Below, in pieces: positions 16,065 to 24,968 of a stretch of DNA of 64,000 nt. Numbering within the stretch: the stretch's first letter is position 1; each line of letters starts with the position of its first letter. Made by a program: the position numbers and the translations under genes. Source of the stretch: a virus. The DNA lies in the IMG/VR virus record IMGVR_UViG_3300023210_000011, positions 32,001 to 96,000 of that record; one strand, 5' to 3'. Under the pieces are notes generated by a model. It was not told where the DNA came from, did no database searches, and saw only the letters and a program-made list of their open reading frames with translations.

Positions 16065-16319
16065 ATGAGTGACGACACCCAGATCGCTTCCAGGATTTCC
16101 GACACCCGCCCGGAGTCTTCTTTCGCATACCGAGACGAGCGAGGGATCAACCGGGAGGTCCGCATCGTGGACTACCCGACCCCCGACGACATCGCTCGGC
16201 AGGGGATGATGCAGGCGGCAGGGGAGATCGCCCTGGGTACCGGATACTCTTCCACCATGGACTACGACATGGTGACGGAGATGATCCGTACTCGAGTCCC
16301 TGTGCGGAGGACCCGATGA
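16065..16319 (+). CDS. Small hypothetical protein
   Basis: Abuts the TMP stop; ATGA-coupled to the next gene. Confidence 0.7.
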   Translation: MSDDTQIASRISDTRPESSFAYRDERGINREVRIVDYPTPDDIARQGMMQAAGEIALGTGYSSTMDYDMVTEMIRTRVPVRRTR

Positions 16320-17989
16320 GCACACCTGCGATCTTCCAGGCTCCCCTCGCGGCGGACTTCGCGGGAAGGCAGGGTCTCCATGTCTACGACGCCACCGATA
16401 CCGCAACTGTGGCCATCGAAGGTGTGGCGAGTTCCAAATTCGTACGCCGGCCCATGCGAGGGATCGTCGTCAAGAAAGACACGTACGCCAGCATCACGGT
16501 CGTCACTGCTGGGGGCGCGGCAGGGCTGTCGCTGCGGAATAGCAGTCATCCCCCCGGCACTCCCCCGAACTACACGTCGAACTTCGTCCTGCAGTCCGTG
16601 ACAGAGACCCGGAACGAGAAGGCGCAGTTCGTCACCACCTTCGGGGCCACCTACGCGTTCTTCTTCGGGGAGCAGCCACGGATCATCAACTGCTCTGCGA
16701 TCCTGCCGAACACGGCGGACTTTGAGTGGAGCAAGGAGTGGTGGCTCAACTACGAAGAGCGGCTCCGTGGGACCTCCCTGGCGAGCACGAACACGAAGGT
16801 GCGACTCCAGTACGATGAGCAGGTGGTCACCGGCTACCTGACAAACTGCACCACCATCCAGACCTCCATGGAGCCCAACTCCCTGCAGGTCAACTTCTCC
16901 CTCTTCGTAGAGAGCATCACCCGAGGTGGAGGTTCGAGAGAGTCTGATGCGCGGGCGTACCGTCGCTCGGGAACCTCAGACTACCTGGGAGTCGGTGCCT
17001 TGGATGATGTCCAGGATACCGCGCTGCTGGCCGACAGCTCCACGGCGGCTGTCCGCAAGACGAACATCAAGCTGTCCCCTCTGTCCGCTGGTGCTCCCGG
17101 GGCGATGAGCAAGTTCCTCTCTGCTCTGAACGAGATCGACGCAGCGATGGACAACGGAGTCCGCAAGATCCGGAATGCCCTCTACGGGCGGAACTTGGTC
17201 GTGCCGGTCAGCTTCACTTCCAGTCGAGCGAGCCGTGCCATCTTCGCGTCGGGCTCGGCGTCGGAAGACCTGGCGGGCCTGGAGGTCACGAACTTCTTTG
17301 GCGCGTCTCTCCTGGCGTTCAGCGACGGCACACCCCGTCCGGGACAGAACTCCGTGACGCTTCGCACGAACACGGATGGGTTCCTGGCCCTGGATGCGGC
17401 GCGCAAGGTCCAGAACGACGCGGTCTTCAACTTCCAGAACTTCGACGAGTACGTCAACTACCCGACTGCGACCTATGTGTCTGAGATCGGAGACCAGGCG
17501 ATCCGGGAATCTGAGCTCCGTGAGCTCGGCAGTGAGGAGGCCTTCTACAGCAACCGCGGGATCGCGGCATTCCAGGCATTTGGAATCAACGTGGCACCCT
17601 TCCCGCAGGTCCCCGGGGTGCCTCTTGAGCGCCAGGACACCGACATGGTGGTGCAGACCGCCCTCGGCTACCGGAGTGCGGCTGCGGCCAAGCAGCGCAC
17701 CGGGGAGATCGTGAGGACGATCGCCCGTGCGGCATTCGGCGTCGCAGTGCTCGGCTACGGGTACAGCGTGGTGAACGCACGGCGCCGTCTGCAGGAGAGT
17801 GTGAACAACCCGAACTCCGGAGGGCTCTCCGCATCTCAGCGTCAGGAGCTCCAGGGCAAGATCGACCGTGCTCAGAGGACTGAGGAGCAGCGCCGCTTGG
17901 TCAGCGAGGCTGCGGCGGCAGACCTCCGGGGCGAGACCGGCACGGTCTACCCGGGGACCCTGGGTGCGGCCCTCTCGGTGGTGCTGTGA
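16316..17989 (+). CDS. Probable tail-tube initiator/baseplate protein
   Basis: FVLQSVTETRNEKAQFVTTFG...FFFGEQPRIINCSAIL...VTGYLT...VNFSLFV is a tube-like beta pattern; lies after the TMP. Confidence 0.5.
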   Translation: MSTPAIFQAPLAADFAGRQGLHVYDATDTATVAIEGVASSKFVRRPMRGIVVKKDTYASITVVTAGGAAGLSLRNSSHPPGTPPNYTSNFVLQSVTETRNEKAQFVTTFGATYAFFFGEQPRIINCSAILPNTADFEWSKEWWLNYEERLRGTSLASTNTKVRLQYDEQVVTGYLTNCTTIQTSMEPNSLQVNFSLFVESITRGGGSRESDARAYRRSGTSDYLGVGALDDVQDTALLADSSTAAVRKTNIKLSPLSAGAPGAMSKFLSALNEIDAAMDNGVRKIRNALYGRNLVVPVSFTSSRASRAIFASGSASEDLAGLEVTNFFGASLLAFSDGTPRPGQNSVTLRTNTDGFLALDAARKVQNDAVFNFQNFDEYVNYPTATYVSEIGDQAIRESELRELGSEEAFYSNRGIAAFQAFGINVAPFPQVPGVPLERQDTDMVVQTALGYRSAAAAKQRTGEIVRTIARAAFGVAVLGYGYSVVNARRRLQESVNNPNSGGLSASQRQELQGKIDRAQRTEEQRRLVSEAAAADLRGETGTVYPGTLGAALSVVL

Positions 17990-20900
17990 GCTCCCCCGGG
18001 TTCCACCTGCATCTCCGGCTGTTCCTCGAGGGCCTCGAGGTCCCGGTGATTGGTGCGTCGGTCACCACGCAGATCGGCTCCGCGGCGACCGCGAACATCC
18101 AGGTGGTGCCGGACGACGCGCTACTCGAGCTGCTGCCCCGCACGGTGGTCCATCTCTTCGTACTGGACTCCATGGAGTTCGCAGCCAGTGGCCGGACTCA
18201 GAGAGCCGGGGACGACTTCTACAAGCTGCTCTTCTGTGGGGAAGTCTCTGGGGTCCAGTTCTCGAAGGCAGGGGCCGGTTCACGGTCGGCCTCGCTGAAC
18301 TGCATGGATTTCTCGAACGTCTGGGACACGAACTACGCGTTCTCCCTGAACTTCGGAGCCAGCAGCGGGGACGCCACGACCATCGAGAACCGCTCAGCGT
18401 TCTTGGCGATCTCTCAGCCGTCGTTCGACAACATCATCCAGACTCCCGCGACGCTCGTGCGGTTGATCTCTCAGCAGAGGCCGCAGGCAGCGGGCCAAGC
18501 AGGGGCGCAGTCTGTGCTCGGAGGGCTGTTCAGCGTCCTGGAGGCGCTCAGTGGCGTCCAGGGGGCCTTCATGGGCGCAGGGCCCTGGCCCACAGTCCAG
18601 GAGAGGCGCACACGCGTCCTGGACTCCATCGTGTCCGATTCTGGGGAGACCGCTGCGGCGCTCTACTCCGCTGCGACGTTCTCTGAGTGGCTGAAGGGCC
18701 GACAGGGGCAGGTGGGAGCAGTCAGCTCGTTCCGCGACACCATCAACATGATCCTCGGGTTCATCTTCTACGATTTCGTGCCGAATCCGGCACCGAAGTA
18801 CATCAGAGGAGAGGACGCGGAGAAGGAGCACCCTGGTCGGGATGTGCCCTATTCATCCAAGGGCGCCCTCCGAGAGAAGATCCTGTCGGAGTTCTCTGCC
18901 AAGGACGGTGTGGTCAGCGATCCGCGAAAGCTGATCAACCTCAACCTCGAGTTCTTGGAGAAGGTGGTCATCCTGCTGTCCGGCCTCAAGGAGCGGGTCG
19001 GAGACCCTCTGATCTACAAAGGGCCGGGATCTGCCCCTGGTGGAGAGGACACGGGGTACAAGTTCGATTTCCGGATCCACGACGGGTGGCGCGAAGATGA
19101 CGTCATCAGCACGGCGCACGAGCGTGGGTTCGCAATTGACATCGGGCATCCCCAGTTCTCCGGGAGGCTGTTCGCAGGAAGTATGCCCTTCAACCTCAAA
19201 GATGGGGTGGCCCAGCCGACTCTGCTGGAAGAGGCCGTTGGTGTGCAGGGGAAGTTCCGGCACGTCATGTACCAGTGGGAGGCGCTGGGAAAGGGTAAAC
19301 TGTCGAATCTCTGGGATCTGGAGATGGCCGCGCAGGACGAGGCATACCGGCGCCTCTGGGCATCTGGTCAGGAGATCTACGACGATATTCAGATGCTGAA
19401 GGCGCTTAGCGCCTGGGTGGACGTGGTCCTGGTAGAGACCGACAAAGATCCAGACCTCCAGTCGGGAGGGGACCCCCTCGATTGGCCCTTGACCCCAGAT
19501 CCGCTCTTCGCGCTGGTCGGCGTGGCCAACGATCCTGTTCATGTCCAGGACCGGCACCACAAGACCAAGTTCTCCGAAGCTGAGGGAACCCTCCAGGCGG
19601 GGGCGACCGGAAGGGGAGTCAGAGAGAGGCTCAACTCTTTCATCTTCCGGCCCAACATCTGGTTTGCGGCACCGCCGCGGTGCAATGTCATCTACCCAGA
19701 TCAGGTCACATCTTTCAGCATGCAGCGGGCCATGCTCCGAGAGACTACGCGACTGCAGCTCAACATCGCGTTCGACCAGATCAAGGAGAAGACGAAGCAG
19801 TTGGACCGTCTGGCGTTCGCCCCCAAGCTGGTGGGAGAGGAGCAGAACGTCCAGAAGGGGCTCGGGAGCGCAGACAAGGTGATCATCCACGATCACGAGG
19901 TCTACAGCGGCGTCATCCCGAAGTTCGAGCGAGCCTCGGACCTCCTCTACTACCGGCTGAAGGGAGTGGAAACGGGAAGCGGCACGGAGTCTGAGTCTCG
20001 GATCGACACTTTCGCAGACCGCCTCGCGCACTTCCACCTGCTCTCGAATCGGTACCTGTCGCGCAGTGCGTCTGTGGCCGGAGTGTTCAACCTGAACCTC
20101 GTCTGCGGGTTCCCTGGCGTCGTGGTTGGGGCCCCCCTGTCTGCCTACGAACTGCAGAAGACGGAGAAGGGAGCCCGCTCTGACAGAGTCCACTGGTTGG
20201 GGATGCTCTCGTCAGTCACGCACTCGATCACGCAGGGCGGCGCCCAGACAAACGTGTCGCTCACGCATGTCCGGTCGCACCGTACGGGTGATAGGACGGA
20301 CGATCTCTTCTCTGAGAACATCAATAGCAGCGGGCAGCTGACGATCCAGAGCCGCGCAGAGATTCTTCAGGGGCAGGGGATCTTCTCCGTGGAGTCCGGG
20401 ACCTCTATCGGGGTCTTGAACTCCACCCCCGAGTCGGTGCCTTCGCGCCTGGGGCTGCCGCTGGACGAAGATCCGAACTCCCTCTACTTCTGGGAGGCCC
20501 TCGGAGTCCTCATCGGAGACTTTCGGACGTACCTCAGAAACCTGCCGAAAATCTACGGGGATCGTGCGGGCTTCCTCATCGACCCGAGCACGTTCCCTCC
20601 CACTGACCTGACCGCGACAGGGGTGCAGGCCGGGCAGTCTGTAGCGATCCCAGAAGTTCCAGTGCCCGGGGGCAAGACCACCAAGGGCGTCATCTGGACG
20701 GGGCCGCCCACCACGGTGGCAATCCGTGCCCGGGGGTCCATGCCTCCAGGAGAGGAAGTTGTAGCGGTACTCGAGGTGGACTCTCCCTTTTCCATACAGA
20801 ATCAGACCGGCGGCACCATCACGCAGTTCGTGAAGGAGAAGAAGTCCGCTGCGTTCTGGGACTCTGAGGACGTCCACGGCGTCGTAGAATTCCTGGTCAC

Positions 20901-21648
20901 GCTGCCCGGAAGTACGCTGACGGTAGAGGAAGTTGACGCGGACGCGCGCCTTGGCTTGCCGGTGGAGGAGGCCATCCGTCCCTCTTGGATCTCGTCGGAC
21001 TACAGCACCGAGAAGGTAGAGACGGGCAACATCACCAAGATCTCAGAGCGGGTGTACCTGCCGTTCTTCGGCTCACCGTGTATCGTCGACCGGGTCTTGT
21101 CTGAGGATCCGCCGGAAGGCCTGGTTCGCCATTCTGTGGAGCAGGCCGTAGACCGCCTGGTGTGGGACTACTCCGAGGCTGTGGACAAGGGTTCCCGCTA
21201 CGTTCTCCAGTTCATCCATGGGTCTACCCACAGGAAGGTGGCCACTCTCCGCGAGGTGCTTGCGGACAAGACCCAGAAGCTCGGACCCGATGGGTGGGTC
21301 CATGAGCCTCGTGGGCCAGGTGGATTCAAGGACAGGAAGTACGCCCGGTACGGGGGATTCCACTCCAACGCTGTGAACTTCGGTCTTGTGGACTATGGAT
21401 CCGAGCTCGAGTTCCTCGACTTGGAGGGTCCGCTACGTTCCCGATATGGGTCGGGGCGGGAAGATCTGTCCAAGCAGATCACCAACGAGCTCGATCCCCG
21501 GGCTGAGCGTGCCCGCCGGGTAATCCGGTACCGGGGCCAGGTCCGGGCAGCGACATCGCTGACCAAGCGGCCCCGAGTGTCCTTGAGCCCCGATGGCGAG
21601 GATGCTACGATCCAAAATACTCCCCTCGGCATCGCCAAAAGAGGCTGA
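17986..21648 (+). CDS. Baseplate hub-like protein with inserted M15-like Zn peptidase
   Basis: N-terminal LRLFLEGLEVPVIGASV...ANIQVVP hub-like strand pattern. Insert with DGWR, H378-x6-D385 (AHERGFAID) and D-P-V-H519. Confidence 0.6.
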   Translation: MSSPGFHLHLRLFLEGLEVPVIGASVTTQIGSAATANIQVVPDDALLELLPRTVVHLFVLDSMEFAASGRTQRAGDDFYKLLFCGEVSGVQFSKAGAGSRSASLNCMDFSNVWDTNYAFSLNFGASSGDATTIENRSAFLAISQPSFDNIIQTPATLVRLISQQRPQAAGQAGAQSVLGGLFSVLEALSGVQGAFMGAGPWPTVQERRTRVLDSIVSDSGETAAALYSAATFSEWLKGRQGQVGAVSSFRDTINMILGFIFYDFVPNPAPKYIRGEDAEKEHPGRDVPYSSKGALREKILSEFSAKDGVVSDPRKLINLNLEFLEKVVILLSGLKERVGDPLIYKGPGSAPGGEDTGYKFDFRIHDGWREDDVISTAHERGFAIDIGHPQFSGRLFAGSMPFNLKDGVAQPTLLEEAVGVQGKFRHVMYQWEALGKGKLSNLWDLEMAAQDEAYRRLWASGQEIYDDIQMLKALSAWVDVVLVETDKDPDLQSGGDPLDWPLTPDPLFALVGVANDPVHVQDRHHKTKFSEAEGTLQAGATGRGVRERLNSFIFRPNIWFAAPPRCNVIYPDQVTSFSMQRAMLRETTRLQLNIAFDQIKEKTKQLDRLAFAPKLVGEEQNVQKGLGSADKVIIHDHEVYSGVIPKFERASDLLYYRLKGVETGSGTESESRIDTFADRLAHFHLLSNRYLSRSASVAGVFNLNLVCGFPGVVVGAPLSAYELQKTEKGARSDRVHWLGMLSSVTHSITQGGAQTNVSLTHVRSHRTGDRTDDLFSENINSSGQLTIQSRAEILQGQGIFSVESGTSIGVLNSTPESVPSRLGLPLDEDPNSLYFWEALGVLIGDFRTYLRNLPKIYGDRAGFLIDPSTFPPTDLTATGVQAGQSVAIPEVPVPGGKTTKGVIWTGPPTTVAIRARGSMPPGEEVVAVLEVDSPFSIQNQTGGTITQFVKEKKSAAFWDSEDVHGVVEFLVTLPGSTLTVEEVDADARLGLPVEEAIRPSWISSDYSTEKVETGNITKISERVYLPFFGSPCIVDRVLSEDPPEGLVRHSVEQAVDRLVWDYSEAVDKGSRYVLQFIHGSTHRKVATLREVLADKTQKLGPDGWVHEPRGPGGFKDRKYARYGGFHSNAVNFGLVDYGSELEFLDLEGPLRSRYGSGREDLSKQITNELDPRAERARRVIRYRGQVRAATSLTKRPRVSLSPDGEDATIQNTPLGIAKRG

Positions 21649-21650
21649 TC

Positions 21651-21893
21651 ATGATCGACCCGAACATCTCTGCGTTCTTCTTCGACGAGCTCACGAAGGA
21701 GGCCCTGAGTGGCAAACACCTCGGCGGAGCAGCTCTCGTCGGCGGCGGCGTCATCGCCGGTGCCGTGGGCAAGGATGCTCTCCAGGACCGCAAGGAGGGT
21801 CGCGTCATCCGCGCGCAGCGCGAGATGCAGCAGCGTCAGATGATGCAGGCCATGAAGCGTCGGAAGTCGGGCGCCTCCCAGGGGGGCTACTGA
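21651..21893 (+). CDS. Small protein with FFDELTKEA leader and Gly-rich hydrophobic helix
   Basis: MIDPNISAFFFDELTKEA-LSGKHLGGAALVGGGVIAGAVG. Confidence 0.8.
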   Translation: MIDPNISAFFFDELTKEALSGKHLGGAALVGGGVIAGAVGKDALQDRKEGRVIRAQREMQQRQMMQAMKRRKSGASQGGY

Positions 21894-22135
21894 TGGCCAA
21901 CGACCTCTTCCAGCGAGACCATCACCTGTCTCACGCCGCAGAGATGTCGAACGTGGCCAACACGAACGAGATCTTGGATGATCTCTTCACCCGACGTGAC
22001 GATCTGGCCGCCCGGTCCTACCGGCAGCTCTCGGGCCTGTTCTCCGGCAAGGAGCACTACGGGCGCAACACCCGCTTGGGCATGTCTGCTCGCGAGGCCG
22101 GTCGCCTGGTGAACCGGGCATTCTCGGATGGCTGA
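21893..22135 (+). CDS. Hypothetical protein (80 aa)
   Basis: TGATG-coupled start MANDLFQRD...; the track ORF 21593-22135 is over-extended. Confidence 0.7.
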   Translation: MANDLFQRDHHLSHAAEMSNVANTNEILDDLFTRRDDLAARSYRQLSGLFSGKEHYGRNTRLGMSAREAGRLVNRAFSDG

Positions 22136-22940
22136 CCTCCGGAGCCGACTCGAGAAGATCGCGGCAAAGGACCCGTACCAGTTCCCGACTTCTTGGACGT
22201 CCGGGCAGCCGATGTCGTCTCGGGCCGCTCAAGATCTGGACCTGTGGCGGCAGTGGAAGACCTCCAAGGAAGACCCAGAGAAGCTGGCTCCGCTCCTCAC
22301 GTCGCTCAATCCAGTCATCTCTTCGCAGGTGAACCGGCACCGGGCCCCGAGGATCTACAAGCCTGCGATCGAGGCCCACGCGCGCACCCTGGCAGTCCAG
22401 GCACTCCGTCGGTATGACCCGACCCGGAAGGCTGCGGTCGCATCGCACGTCCAGAACAACCTCAAGGGTCTCAACCGCTACGTGAAGAAGCATCAGAACT
22501 TCACGCGGATCGTAGAGGCACAGGCCAACAAGATCGGGCCGTACTCGCGGGCCAAGGCTGTGCTCGAGGAGGAGCTGGGCAGGGAGCCCACCACCTTCGA
22601 GCTCGCAGACAAGCTCAAGATGAGCCCGAAGAAGGTCGAGCGCCTGGCGAAAGAGATCCGGCCGGACATCTTCAACCTGCCGGCAGTCGGAGAAGATGCG
22701 TTCGAGTCCTCCCCCTTCGAGGAGGAGTCCCCCAGGCACCGCGAGGTCATCGCGATGCTGCCCTACGAGCTCACAACCGACGAGACAGCAGTGTTCAACT
22801 ACCTCTTCGGTAAGGGAGGGAAGCGCAAGATGGAGGTGATGAACGACATCGCGCGTGAACTCGGGTGGTCTGCGTCCAAGGTCTCCCAGGTCAAGAACTC
22901 GATCTCGAAGAAGTACCGCGACTACCTGAGAAGCTTCTGA
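22128..22940 (+). CDS. Sigma70-family RNA polymerase sigma factor (regions 2-4)
   Basis: Region 2 ALRRYDPTRKAAVASHV, region 3 LEEELGREPTTFELADKLKMSPKKV, region 4 HTH MNDIARELGWSASKVSQV. Confidence 0.85.
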   Translation: MADLRSRLEKIAAKDPYQFPTSWTSGQPMSSRAAQDLDLWRQWKTSKEDPEKLAPLLTSLNPVISSQVNRHRAPRIYKPAIEAHARTLAVQALRRYDPTRKAAVASHVQNNLKGLNRYVKKHQNFTRIVEAQANKIGPYSRAKAVLEEELGREPTTFELADKLKMSPKKVERLAKEIRPDIFNLPAVGEDAFESSPFEEESPRHREVIAMLPYELTTDETAVFNYLFGKGGKRKMEVMNDIARELGWSASKVSQVKNSISKKYRDYLRSF

Positions 22941-23176
22941 TGGCGTACCCGGAGACTGTCGCGCGGGTGATCCGTCTGCGGGCACAGCTCGAGTCCGAGC
23001 TCCTCGCGGCGGAAGCAGAGGTTGCTCGCGAGGTTGCGCTGCTCAAGATCATTCATGAGGGGCGCACGGGCGATGGCGCCCTCAGTGCGCGCACGGTAGA
23101 GTTGACCACTGCGCAGACCGTGGGTTTCTTGTCGAAATACCTTCCAGATCTGTCTGCTGCGCTTGCCTCGGGTTGA
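22940..23176 (+). CDS. Hypothetical helical protein
   Basis: TGATG-coupled start MAYPETVARV. Confidence 0.7.
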   Translation: MAYPETVARVIRLRAQLESELLAAEAEVAREVALLKIIHEGRTGDGALSARTVELTTAQTVGFLSKYLPDLSAALASG

Positions 23177-23391
23177 TTGTGCCGTTCACTACTCAGGATA
23201 TGTCGTTCGCCGCATTCTTGGTGCAGCGGGGATTCTCGATCTCAGACGTGTCGCGGTCCAGTCGTCGGACCTCCTGGACCTTCAACATTACCCAAGAAGA
23301 CCTGTCCAAGATGGAAGCAGAGTGGCCGGGCACGCAGGAGTGCCGCTTCTTCAACTGCTACCAGACTCTCAAGAATCAGGTCCGAAAATAG
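23173..23391 (+). CDS. Small protein resembling DUF5659
   Basis: FTTQDMSFAAFLVQRGF...WTF...F motif layout. Confidence 0.5.
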   Translation: MIVPFTTQDMSFAAFLVQRGFSISDVSRSSRRTSWTFNITQEDLSKMEAEWPGTQECRFFNCYQTLKNQVRK

Positions 23392-23403
23392 TAGGGAGGC
23401 GTC

Positions 23404-24075
23404 ATGTCGTTCACGACGGTTGGCCTGGCCACCACTGCCACCCTGCGGGTCACCTTCGATGGCGGCTCCGGCACCGAGACGTTCCTCAACGCCGACGATG
23501 ATCCCAGCCTCGCGGTCATCCTCGACGATGAGACCCTTGAGACGATCACCAGCTTCGTCAACGACGTCACCGGGATCTACAGTGCGCTGTGGACTCCCCT
23601 CATTGCGGGACAGTACACGCTGACCTGGACCTTCGGGGTCGCAGGCACTGAGTACACCCGCAGCGACACCGTGGACGCGCTGGACTCTGGAGATCTCCCC
23701 CCGGGGGCAGTAGACCCCGACCCAGATGTGGGGGTAGACAACACCTGTACGCTGACCGGCACATTCGTGGACTCCGCAGGGAACTTCCTGCCGGGCCACC
23801 ACGTCCGATTCAGTCCCGATCTCGCCACCTCTCAGGTCACCGGAGTCGGCTTCGTAGCTGACGATGTCACGGCCACCTCAGATGCCAATGGTGAGATCTC
23901 CTTCACGGCCGTTCGCGGCCTGACAGGCTTGCTCGCCGTCTCAGGATCTTCCCTGGTTCGGCGCGTCACCATCCCTGACCAAGCCACCATCGATATCTTC
24001 GAGCTTGCGGCTACCGCAGACGATCTGCTCGAAATCCAGGAGATTGAGCTGGTCGAGCTGCCTCGGAGATCTTGA
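23404..24075 (+). CDS. Virion structural protein with Ig/beta-sandwich domains
   Basis: TGIYSALWTPLIAGQYTLTWTF; T/V/D-rich; GGAGG RBS. Confidence 0.65.
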   Translation: MSFTTVGLATTATLRVTFDGGSGTETFLNADDDPSLAVILDDETLETITSFVNDVTGIYSALWTPLIAGQYTLTWTFGVAGTEYTRSDTVDALDSGDLPPGAVDPDPDVGVDNTCTLTGTFVDSAGNFLPGHHVRFSPDLATSQVTGVGFVADDVTATSDANGEISFTAVRGLTGLLAVSGSSLVRRVTIPDQATIDIFELAATADDLLEIQEIELVELPRRS

Positions 24076-24968
24076 TGAGCGCGGTCACCCTCTACGTCTA
24101 CGACTCCTCAGACGAGACCAAGAACACCCCCCTCGAGTCCTGCACGGTCTTCGTCTTCTCTGAGGATGGATCTACGTTCATCACCCAGGGGAACACCACC
24201 GTTGAAGGACAGGTCGTGTTCGACCTGCCCGACGCCACCTACTGGGTCCGCTTCTTCAAGACTGGGTTCTCCTTCGACACCGGACTGAGTGTCGTAGTCG
24301 AGGAGGATTCAGAGTTCGAGGTGGGCGGCGAGAACCTCGATGACCGACCTCCCGCGACGCTGAGTCACCTCTGCCGGGTGAGCGGCTTCATCATCGGGGC
24401 TGCGGGACAGCATCTGGCCAACGTGACCGCGGAGTTCATGCTCAACGAGCGCGTCCGCATCAGTGGCGGCAACGCCACCGGCAACTCCAAGGTGATCGTG
24501 GTGTCTAACGCCGCGGGCTACTTCGAGTTCGATCTCCTCCGGGGAGCCGTGTACGAAGTGGTGGTGGAGTCCTACGAGCCGGACGTCTTCGTAGTCACTG
24601 TCCCGGACAAGGTCTCTACGGGGTTCACCGACCTCATCTGGCCCTACGTCTCCCGGGTCGATCTGACTCCCTCATCTGTCAGCATCGATGAGGAGGATGA
24701 GGTCGAAGTAGAAGCCGAAGTGGTCCTGTCGAGTGGACGCGCCGCGCCGTACAAGAAGATCCAGGGCGAGGCGGTGGGGTCGAGCCTCGTGTCCGTGTCC
24801 TCCACCGATCCAGCTGTGGCCACCGCATCCATGAGTGGGTCCACGGTCACCATCGTCGGTGTCGGCGCCGGAACCTGCGAGATTGAGTTCTCGTCCTCCT
24901 TGGCGGAGGCTGAGAGAGTCCCCGCAGTGGACGTCACCTTCGACAGCATCTCCGTTACGGTGGCTTGA
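24075..24968 (+). CDS. Virion protein with prealbumin-like and Ig-like (Big_2) domains
   Basis: GNTTVEGQVVFDLPDATYWVRFFKTGFSF; C-terminal VDLTPSSVSI...SSTDPAVAT...VTIVGVGAGTCEI. Confidence 0.65.
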   Translation: MSAVTLYVYDSSDETKNTPLESCTVFVFSEDGSTFITQGNTTVEGQVVFDLPDATYWVRFFKTGFSFDTGLSVVVEEDSEFEVGGENLDDRPPATLSHLCRVSGFIIGAAGQHLANVTAEFMLNERVRISGGNATGNSKVIVVSNAAGYFEFDLLRGAVYEVVVESYEPDVFVVTVPDKVSTGFTDLIWPYVSRVDLTPSSVSIDEEDEVEVEAEVVLSSGRAAPYKKIQGEAVGSSLVSVSSTDPAVATASMSGSTVTIVGVGAGTCEIEFSSSLAEAERVPAVDVTFDSISVTVA

